64,000 bases of DNA from Auanema rhodensis (taxonomy: Eukaryota; Animalia; Nematoda), in contig OZ059895.1 of the NCBI GenBank assembly GCA_964057225.1, positions 23,250,001 through 23,314,000 of the forward strand. Direction: 5' to 3'. The notes beneath the pieces were generated by a model. The model had not been told where the DNA came from and did no database searches. It saw nothing but the letters and a program-made list of their open reading frames with translations. Made by a program: the position numbers and the translations under genes. Within the stretch, counting starts at the first letter, position 1; each line of letters opens with the position of its first letter. This document shows, in pieces, positions 1 through 7,123 of the stretch.

Positions 1-324
1 CATCATTTTTCAAACGATCATAACTAATTTTTGTATTAAGCGTTTCTCAATGTAGTATAGTGCATTCGATGCGGATTTTTAAGCTGCGTCGTTCTGTGTT
101 ATCAGATTTGCGCTAGCTTAAAAATGCACCGAGATATCAACTGATATAAGTTCACACTTATATCCTCGATTTTCACCCTGAAGAATTAATTTTTTCGTTG
201 AATAACATCGTCCATCGTCTTTGCCTTAAAAAAAGGAATCTAAAAACATCTACTTTTTGCTAAATTATCTTGAAATTTTTTGAAAAAATTTTTGTCAAAA
301 TGTTTTTGGAAGCAATGTTGAGTG
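1..324. repeat. Partial 351-bp satellite monomer, left flank of the retrotransposon
   Basis: Matches the monomer that starts at 7151 and 7502 (catcatttttcaaacgatcataact...gcaatgttgagtg). Its missing last 27 bp (tacatggaaactcaacatacactaatg) resume at 7124. Confidence 0.98.
321..324 (+). other. Target-site duplication, left copy (AGTG)
   Basis: The intact monomer reads ttgAGTGtacatgg. AGTG precedes the 5' LTR and recurs right after the 3' LTR. Confidence 0.9.
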
Positions 325-808
325 TGTCACAAATGTGTTCAAAACCACAACTAAATGAAGGTTTAATGATTGTTTATTCAAATAATTTTCTTAGTTACAT
401 CCCATTAAATGGTTAACTTGAGCTTTCTTAACCATCAATGCAATTTATAAAATCACATAATTTATAACGCATAGTTAGATACGTGAAATTAGCATAATTA
501 GTTTTGTCTTGTTACGGAGAACAAGAATATATATATATTATAGTTTCAGTTTAAGATTTCAAGATGTTACTTTATTGGCAGGTTATCAACTCAACGCTTG
601 TAAACACCATGCAAACAACCTGAACATCTAAGATAAAATGATAAAATGATTAAAATGATTATTTGGCCTAAAATTGTTGATGTAAACAATTTTATTTCAT
701 ATTTTGACAGTTCAATTATATTTTGTATTTTTATAAGTTTCCTTTTGTTTTCAATAAATTTATTTCTCTTCCCTTTCTTTGTCTTTTTCTTTCCACATTT
801 GTATTTCA
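325..808 (+). repeat. 5' LTR (484 bp, TG...CA)
   Basis: TGTCACAAATG...GTATTTCA. No differences from 6636-7119 found by eye (constant offset 6311). Confidence 0.97.
527..541 (+). promoter_or_regulatory. Candidate TATA-like element in LTR U3
   Basis: ATATATATATATTAT tract in mid-LTR, upstream of the AATAAA. Supported by position only, in AT-rich sequence. Confidence 0.35.
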
Positions 809-820
809 TGGGGGCCGAAC
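809..820 (+). promoter_or_regulatory. Primer binding site, tRNA-Pro
   Basis: TGGGGGCCGAAC directly abuts the 5' LTR. It is complementary to a tRNA 3' end GUUCGGCCCCCA, the nematode-type tRNA-Pro acceptor stem (recalled from C. elegans). Confidence 0.85.
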
Positions 821-1294
821 TAAACCAGCTTATGGTTTTCAGTCACTAAGAATATAATTGTGTATTTTCATTGTATTCTTGAAACTTGAACGCTAAGTTC
901 AGAAAAGTTTCACGCGTTTAGCGTTGGTTTTAGCCAAATCAGCTCGATTAGAGTTCCTCTGAAAAAAAAAAATCTCAAAACATTGAAGTGTTTTTTTGAT
1001 TAGGTAAATTTTTTGTTTTCCGATCAAAACTGTTAGCTTTGAAAGTTTGAAGAGCAACAGAGCTGTTTTGTTTTGTTTCGAGATTTTATCTTGATAATTT
1101 TTTGGAATTATCAGTAGAGGAACTTCTTGCTGGATTAGGTACTTTTATAGTGATAGTTGTAGCTTACAGCTTATTGCTTTCATAGTTTACTCTACGTCGT
1201 TTTACGTATAAACTGTGTTTTGTTTTGTTAAAACAAAAATTTAATAAAATTCATTTGCAGGTATTGCAACAGAAGAATTTTTTTTCTCGCGAAA

Positions 1295-4200
1295 ATGGCT
1301 ACTAATGAATATGAGGTTGGTCATAGTTTTCATAAAGAGGAAATCGATAATGCTATTGATGTTATCGAAAAAGTCAAAAAGTCAATAATACGATTGACTT
1401 CTAGACTGTCTAAAGCACGAATCGAATCGATTACAGCTTTAGATTCAGTAACTACTGTCTTAAAAAATTGTTCTCGTACCGCTCAAATAGTAGAAGAGCA
1501 TGAGAATTCTAAAACAGAGTTTCTGTCCGTTCAACAGAATAATTCGGAAAAATTAGACTTAATTTTAAGAGAACGAGAAGCAAGTGTTCTTATGAAAAAT
1601 CTTGCTGAATTATTGAATGTTTCTAAAGAGGAACTATTCAGTACAGTTTATAATTTGAACTCCAACATAACGAAGTGTTGTCAAATAATGGATTGTGAAA
1701 TTACACATCTTCCTGAAACAATTGAATTATTAATTTTTCAGAACAATGTGGATGTAGATGTTGATATTGACATTGATGTTGATAAAATGGATCAACTAAA
1801 CTTGAATAATGAAGGTAAAACTTTTTCTAGTACTGCAACGTATCAACCTAAATTACAGAGGCATCTAGAAAAGTACAGAATACCGAGTACCGAGCCTTAT
1901 ACTCCAGGTAAGAGTCTTATTATGTCTGAAAACGATAACGTTAGTGGAAAGATAATGGACCTATTACGTATGCAAATGCTTCCGGATGTATTAACATTCA
2001 CGAATGGTAGTGAAAATGCATGGAGAGGGTTCGTAGAAAATTTTAATGAGAAATATCCATTAGAAATTTTTTCAAGTGCATCACGCAGATTGATGTTTAT
2101 TTCTAAACTGGGGGGTCAAATAAAAGAAAAATTTGATTGCTTGCCAGAGAAAGTACGAATGAGTACGGTGGAGGAGATAGTTGCTAGTTTAAACAGTAAT
2201 TCTATCAGTTCTAGTCGTCGCGAACGAGCTAAAGCTTTACAATCATTGAAAGATCTCGATGTGGCAAAGTGCAAATCTTTGCTTCATTATTGTAACACGC
2301 TCGAAAGTTTGACACAGATTGCCCACCCGGAGTTAAGTGCTGAAGAACTAGCTTTTGAAAGAGCGAACGCGTTATATAACACGTTACTGAGATGTCGATG
2401 TAGTATGATGTTGTTAGACATACTAGAAAATGAGAAAAATGAATTTCTCTATGACAAAATCAGAGATATTGCCCTCCGTTGTGAAAGAAATCAAGCAAGC
2501 AGGAGAGAAAAAACGTTGGATAATTCATTCAAAAAAGTTTCGTCTACTCACGAAGTAGCTCGGGATATGAAACGAGAATACGAACGGAAAGAAAGAAAAG
2601 TGCATGACAATCCACCATGCTTTTATTGTGGAAAATCTGGACACTCTGGTTCAAATTGTTTCAAAAGAAAGAGGGAACAAGAAAATAACAAGAACCAGAT
2701 AGTGGACAAACTCCAATACAAGCAACCCAGTTATGAGAGAATGAAACCATTACTCAATAACGAGATAAACGCTTGGAGTAATAATATAAGTGTCACAAAA
2801 AGAGAAGTTACTGAAATAGTAGGGAAACAAACCCTTTTCGATTTCATACTTTGTGAACAAGTGCGAATACCAAGTCTTATAGATTCTGGGTCTCAGATAT
2901 CAGTAGTAACCACTGGTTTACTACAAAAGTTGCTCAAATGTAACAATATTGAACAATATCTAGAAATTCTTAGGATTGATATTGATTCTTTCGGCACAGT
3001 TCAGAATGCTTCAGGAGAAAGTATGAAATTTGTTGGAGCCGTAAAAATGTCTGTTACATGTTGCGATAACAACATTACAGCAGTAGTCCCTTTTCTCGTC
3101 AGAAAAGATGAACAAGAGAAAATAATAATGGGAACAAATATGCTGGCAGCTTTTAATTTTTCTTTGAGGTTTGTAAATGAGCAAGCACGAGTTTTAGAAA
3201 GAGTGGTAATTCCACCGAAAACTCAAAAATGGGTTAGAGTTACGGGAGGTAAAAATGAGAGTAACTATTTAAACTCTAAAATAGATACTATACCTTCAGG
3301 AATTTGTACACTAAACGAAAGTGACGAAACTGAAATTTTAGTAGCGAATACCTCGTATTCTCCAAAAATTATGCGAAAAAACGAAATAATTGGGGAATGG
3401 AGTAGTGATGATGTTGATTCATCAATAAAAAACCCAGAATGTCTGTTACATTCAAAAATAAACACTGATGCAGAAATGCTTGATCAGGGATGTAAACCCT
3501 CCGATCCAGAAAGAAAGAGAGAAAATGTACTAGAAGTATTAACAAAATCGAGTGGGTTTTCCATAGGAGGAGAACTGCATGAGGTCATATCTTCTAACTA
3601 TGATATTTTTGCTTTGGTAGATGCAGATTTAACGCATACCAATGCAGTAGTCATGAAAATAGATACTGCAGATCATGTGCCGATTAGACAAAAAGTGAGA
3701 CCAGTTCCATTTGGAGCTAGGACACATTTTCGAGATCTTCTGGATGGTTTATTAAAAAGAAAAATAATAGAACCAAGTAAAAGCGCTTGGGCTAGTCCTA
3801 TTGTACTAGTAGAAAAAAAAGATAAATCACTACGTCTATGTATTGATTATCGAGAATTAAATAAAATTCTGAAATTGGATGCTTATCCAATTCCTACAAT
3901 TGATCTTCTTTTGAGATCATTGAAAGATAAAAAAATCTTTTCTACTTTCGATCTTTGCTCTGGGTTTTGGCAGATCAAGTTAGACGAAAATGATAAAGAG
4001 AAAACGGCTTTCATTACAAGTGAAGGGCTATTTCAATTTTTAGTTTGTCCTTTCGGATTAGCTACTAGTCCACCTACGTTCCAACGAATGATGGATACTG
4101 TATTAGGAACATTGTTACAAACAAATGAAGTATTCGTCTACATTGATGATATACTAATAGCCACTGAAACGGTGGAGCGCCATATGGAAGTAATAAAAAA

Positions 4201-4696
4201 AGTATTTGAAGCGGTGAAAAACGCTAACTTGTCTTTGAAAGCTTCGAAATGTAAACTTATGCAGAGAGAAATCAAATATCTCGGACATAAATTAGATGGG
4301 CAAGGGATTCATGCTGACCCTGAAAAAATTAAAGCAATTGTTAATTATGAAATTCCCAAAACTGTTGCCGAACTACGAACTTTTTTGGGAATGGCATCAT
4401 ATTATAGGAAATTTATTCATAAATTTGCCGCAATTGCTAAGCCTTTACATGAAATGACTAGTGAAAAAAATCAGTGGGAATGGACATCGCTGAGGAAAAA
4501 TGCTTTTGTACATTTAAAACAAGCTATGACTACTGCCCCTATTTTAATGCAACCTGATGTCGAGGGGGCTATGAGTGGGAAAAACCCATTCATCATATAC
4601 TGTGATGCTTGCTCATCAGGAGTTGGAGCGGTATTGTGCCAGAAAGGAAAAGATGAATTTTGTTGCATCCAATTTCTTTTGTGTCGAAAGGGTTGA
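1295..4696 (+). CDS. gag-pol: Gag-Pol polyprotein, N-terminal part: helical N-terminus, Gag with CCHC knuckle, aspartic protease, RT, start of RNase H
   Basis: 1133 aa. CFYCGKSGHSGSNC at 2618-2659; LIDSGS (DSG at 2882-2890) and IIMGTNML; RT motifs SAWASPIVLVEKKD, LCIDYRELN, FDLCSGFWQI, PFGLATSP, YIDDILI (YIDD at 4139-4150) and YLGH; RNase H start IIYCDACSSGVGAVL. The last ~12 residues are out-of-frame run-on. Confidence 0.95.
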   Translation: MATNEYEVGHSFHKEEIDNAIDVIEKVKKSIIRLTSRLSKARIESITALDSVTTVLKNCSRTAQIVEEHENSKTEFLSVQQNNSEKLDLILREREASVLMKNLAELLNVSKEELFSTVYNLNSNITKCCQIMDCEITHLPETIELLIFQNNVDVDVDIDIDVDKMDQLNLNNEGKTFSSTATYQPKLQRHLEKYRIPSTEPYTPGKSLIMSENDNVSGKIMDLLRMQMLPDVLTFTNGSENAWRGFVENFNEKYPLEIFSSASRRLMFISKLGGQIKEKFDCLPEKVRMSTVEEIVASLNSNSISSSRRERAKALQSLKDLDVAKCKSLLHYCNTLESLTQIAHPELSAEELAFERANALYNTLLRCRCSMMLLDILENEKNEFLYDKIRDIALRCERNQASRREKTLDNSFKKVSSTHEVARDMKREYERKERKVHDNPPCFYCGKSGHSGSNCFKRKREQENNKNQIVDKLQYKQPSYERMKPLLNNEINAWSNNISVTKREVTEIVGKQTLFDFILCEQVRIPSLIDSGSQISVVTTGLLQKLLKCNNIEQYLEILRIDIDSFGTVQNASGESMKFVGAVKMSVTCCDNNITAVVPFLVRKDEQEKIIMGTNMLAAFNFSLRFVNEQARVLERVVIPPKTQKWVRVTGGKNESNYLNSKIDTIPSGICTLNESDETEILVANTSYSPKIMRKNEIIGEWSSDDVDSSIKNPECLLHSKINTDAEMLDQGCKPSDPERKRENVLEVLTKSSGFSIGGELHEVISSNYDIFALVDADLTHTNAVVMKIDTADHVPIRQKVRPVPFGARTHFRDLLDGLLKRKIIEPSKSAWASPIVLVEKKDKSLRLCIDYRELNKILKLDAYPIPTIDLLLRSLKDKKIFSTFDLCSGFWQIKLDENDKEKTAFITSEGLFQFLVCPFGLATSPPTFQRMMDTVLGTLLQTNEVFVYIDDILIATETVERHMEVIKKVFEAVKNANLSLKASKCKLMQREIKYLGHKLDGQGIHADPEKIKAIVNYEIPKTVAELRTFLGMASYYRKFIHKFAAIAKPLHEMTSEKNQWEWTSLRKNAFVHLKQAMTTAPILMQPDVEGAMSGKNPFIIYCDACSSGVGAVLCQKGKDEFCCIQFLLCRKG

Positions 4697-6669
4697 CTAA
4701 AGCTGAGTCGCGATACCATGTGACAGATTTAGAAGCACTAGCTGTAGTCTTTTCGCTAAATAAATTTCAATATTATCTATATAATATGAAAAACACGACA
4801 GTTCGCACTGATCACAAACCATTAACATGCCTTCTAAAAAGGACGGCTAATGGAAGAATTTTGAGATGGAGTTTGATTGTTCAAAGATTCAATGTTAACA
4901 TTGAATATGGGAAAGGAAAAACAAACATAGTAGCAGATGCTCTATCTAGAGGAGTGCCATTCAATGATTCTTTAGAAAATGAAAGTGAAGAACTTGGAAT
5001 AAATTATGTTTGTTCGATAGATATCACTGATGATCATATCGAAGAATTAAAATCTGATGAAATATTTGGAGAAATAATCGATAAATTGAACAAAGGTGAA
5101 CTGAAAGATAGAATCTTTCTACCAAATCATCCTGAAAAAACTTTTGTCGGTGATTTTGTTATCAATGAGAACCGATTGTTTTATGTCAATAATGATGGTG
5201 ACTATAGATTAGTTATTCCTCATTCAAAAAGAAAAAAGATTTATGACGAATGTCATAAAGGTCTTTTTGGGGCACACTTTGGTCCACAAAAAATTATTAG
5301 AAAACTGAAAAAGCAATTTTTTTGGAATGGACTCAGTTCGAATGTGCATAAATGGCACAAAGAATGTAAAAAATGTTTTATGACAAACAAAAGGAGTTAT
5401 GTTGCTCCACTCTGTCCAATAAACACAGAGAAACCGTTTGAAATAATTGGGGTTGATGTTCTTCAAATAGGACAGTCATACAAAGGCAATAAATATATTC
5501 TTGTGATAATTGATCATTTCACGAAATGGATGAATGCATATGCCATCCCCAACAAAACAGCAACTATAATTGCAAGTATAATTTTGGAAAAATGGATACT
5601 TGAGGGCGGGAAATGGCCTAAGAATATTTTGTCTGATAAAGGAACAGAATTCACAAACGCTGTTCTGAAAGAAATATTAGAGAAAACTAAAATTAATTGG
5701 ATCTCCACATATGGATATAATCCAAGAATAAACGGTATAACTGAGAGAGTGAACCAAACAATACTACGTGGACTCAAAAAATCTGTGGAAGATCAGAGAA
5801 ATTGGGACACAGTTCTCCCTTATATAGTGTTTGCTTACAACACTACGCCACATGAGGCAACGGGTGAATCACCATTCTATCTTTTGCATGGGATAGAACC
5901 AGTTTATCCATCCGCAATAGAACCCCCACAAGATAGTATTCAAAAGAATACGGAGGGAATACCAGCGTACAAACGTGATATCACAACTAATTTAGCATTA
6001 GTTCGTAGAATAGCTCAAGAAAAAAATGAAGCCGAAAAAGCTCGCTTCAAAACAGCTTACGATAACAAAAACTTGAGAGAAAGGGTTCAAATACCTAAAG
6101 TAGGAGATCGAGTGTATCTCAAAACCCTAACACAAAAAAGGGGTCACACAATACCAAAATTGATCTTTGATATGAAAGGACCTTTCCGAGTTCTAGAAGT
6201 GAAGAAAACTTCTGCTTTGATTACTGATATCACAGGAAAAAGTGAACCGATTATTGTACCTTTTCAACAATTAATCACACTCCCTGAAAATATTGACGAT
6301 ATGAAGTTGGAAAAAATCAGAAAATCTAAAAATATTATTGAGATTAATTATTTGTCTTTTTTTAGACACGTCGAAGTCACGCCTAAAGATGCATGTCATC
6401 CTCTGTTTGAGTGCCCAGGCAAAATCCATCTTCCTAATGAAGCAGAACAAATTTGTTTCTGGAGAGAGCAAAACTTTGGGATTCTTTGTTTGAAAGAATC
6501 AATTTGTTTTATTCTTATTCTCGGGACAAGAATAGAAAAAAGGCCGGGGATGGTAGCAGTGAGATATGAAAAAAAAAAAAAAATTTTTTTCTTCTACTAT
6601 ATATTCTCGGGACGAGAATATAAAAAGGCCGGGGATGTCACAAATGTGTTCAAAACCACAACTAAATGA
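4660..6669 (+). CDS. pol: Pol C-terminal part (rest of RNase H plus integrase), a frameshifted continuation of the upstream ORF and not an independent gene
   Basis: HPISFVSKGL, DLEALAVV, TDHKPL and ADALSR (RNase H). Integrase HHCC (H at 5254 and 5275, C at 5365 and 5374), catalytic D 5455, D 5635, E 5743 (D-35-E spacing) and GPF at 6178-6186. The TTG start is nominal. Confidence 0.93.
   Translation: MLHPISFVSKGLTKAESRYHVTDLEALAVVFSLNKFQYYLYNMKNTTVRTDHKPLTCLLKRTANGRILRWSLIVQRFNVNIEYGKGKTNIVADALSRGVPFNDSLENESEELGINYVCSIDITDDHIEELKSDEIFGEIIDKLNKGELKDRIFLPNHPEKTFVGDFVINENRLFYVNNDGDYRLVIPHSKRKKIYDECHKGLFGAHFGPQKIIRKLKKQFFWNGLSSNVHKWHKECKKCFMTNKRSYVAPLCPINTEKPFEIIGVDVLQIGQSYKGNKYILVIIDHFTKWMNAYAIPNKTATIIASIILEKWILEGGKWPKNILSDKGTEFTNAVLKEILEKTKINWISTYGYNPRINGITERVNQTILRGLKKSVEDQRNWDTVLPYIVFAYNTTPHEATGESPFYLLHGIEPVYPSAIEPPQDSIQKNTEGIPAYKRDITTNLALVRRIAQEKNEAEKARFKTAYDNKNLRERVQIPKVGDRVYLKTLTQKRGHTIPKLIFDMKGPFRVLEVKKTSALITDITGKSEPIIVPFQQLITLPENIDDMKLEKIRKSKNIIEINYLSFFRHVEVTPKDACHPLFECPGKIHLPNEAEQICFWREQNFGILCLKESICFILILGTRIEKRPGMVAVRYEKKKKIFFFYYIFSGREYKKAGDVTNVFKTTTK
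6534..6550 (+). promoter_or_regulatory. Upstream duplicate polypurine tract
   Basis: AGAAAAAAGGCCGGGGA, followed by TG, 85 bp upstream of the LTR-adjacent copy. Confidence 0.65.
6622..6635 (+). promoter_or_regulatory. Polypurine tract (plus-strand primer)
   Basis: AAAAAGGCCGGGGA immediately 5' of the 3' LTR, preceded by the perfect hairpin TATATTCTCG-GGA-CGAGAATATA (6600-6622). Confidence 0.9.
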
Positions 6670-7119
6670 AGGTTTAATGATTGTTTATTCAAATAATTTT
6701 CTTAGTTACATCCCATTAAATGGTTAACTTGAGCTTTCTTAACCATCAATGCAATTTATAAAATCACATAATTTATAACGCATAGTTAGATACGTGAAAT
6801 TAGCATAATTAGTTTTGTCTTGTTACGGAGAACAAGAATATATATATATTATAGTTTCAGTTTAAGATTTCAAGATGTTACTTTATTGGCAGGTTATCAA
6901 CTCAACGCTTGTAAACACCATGCAAACAACCTGAACATCTAAGATAAAATGATAAAATGATTAAAATGATTATTTGGCCTAAAATTGTTGATGTAAACAA
7001 TTTTATTTCATATTTTGACAGTTCAATTATATTTTGTATTTTTATAAGTTTCCTTTTGTTTTCAATAAATTTATTTCTCTTCCCTTTCTTTGTCTTTTTC
7101 TTTCCACATTTGTATTTCA
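6636..7119 (+). repeat. 3' LTR (484 bp)
   Basis: Direct repeat of 325-808. Confidence 0.97.
7064..7069 (+). terminator. Polyadenylation signal AATAAA in the 3' LTR (753-758 in the 5' LTR)
   Basis: AATAAA 50 bp before the LTR end, followed by a T-rich tract. Confidence 0.6.
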
Positions 7120-7123
7120 AGTG
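7120..7123 (+). other. Target-site duplication, right copy (AGTG)
   Basis: ...TATTTCA|AGTG|tacatggaaac resumes the satellite in register. Confidence 0.9.

Larger units (their letters stand above)
325..7119 (+). mobile_element. Ty3/Gypsy (Metaviridae) LTR retrotransposon, Cer1-like, 6795 bp, both LTRs intact, pol frameshifted
   Basis: Two 484-bp direct repeats, TSD, PBS and PPT. Domain order is Gag(CCHC)-protease-RT-RNaseH-integrase(GPY/F), which is Ty3/Gypsy order. The Cer1-like assignment is inferred from the PBS and motif style. Confidence 0.97.

Noticed and set aside
321-325. 5-bp TSD AGTGT
   Set aside because: It would require the 5' LTR to start at G. The 3' LTR begins TG right after the PPT, so the 4-bp AGTG is more parsimonious.
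409-693. LTR hairpins (ATGGTTAA/TTAACCAT, TCTTGTT/AACAAGA, AAAATTGTT/AACAATTTT) and the short ATAAAATG repeats
   Set aside because: Present in the sequence, but short and AT-rich, with no evidence of function beyond chance.
591-849. Short ORFs 591-809 (-) and 646-849 (+), and their copies 6902-7141 and 6957-7148
   Set aside because: Low-complexity K/I/F-rich translations of AT-rich LTR sequence, duplicated only because the LTR is duplicated.
4645-4696. Programmed -1 ribosomal frameshift between the two ORFs
   Set aside because: The break is not at the gag-pol junction. Slipping at A_GGA_AAA meets a TGA at 4654, and slipping at A_AAG_GGT would replace the conserved HPISFVS motif.
3265-6471. 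Antisense ORFs 3265-3465, 4471-4719, 5224-5466, 5514-5777 and 6271-6471
   Set aside because: Short shadow ORFs opposite pol, with no recognisable motifs.
6187-6669. env gene or integrase chromodomain
   Set aside because: No room for an env ORF and no chromodomain aromatic-cage pattern. The hydrophobic end of the ORF is translated A/T tracts.
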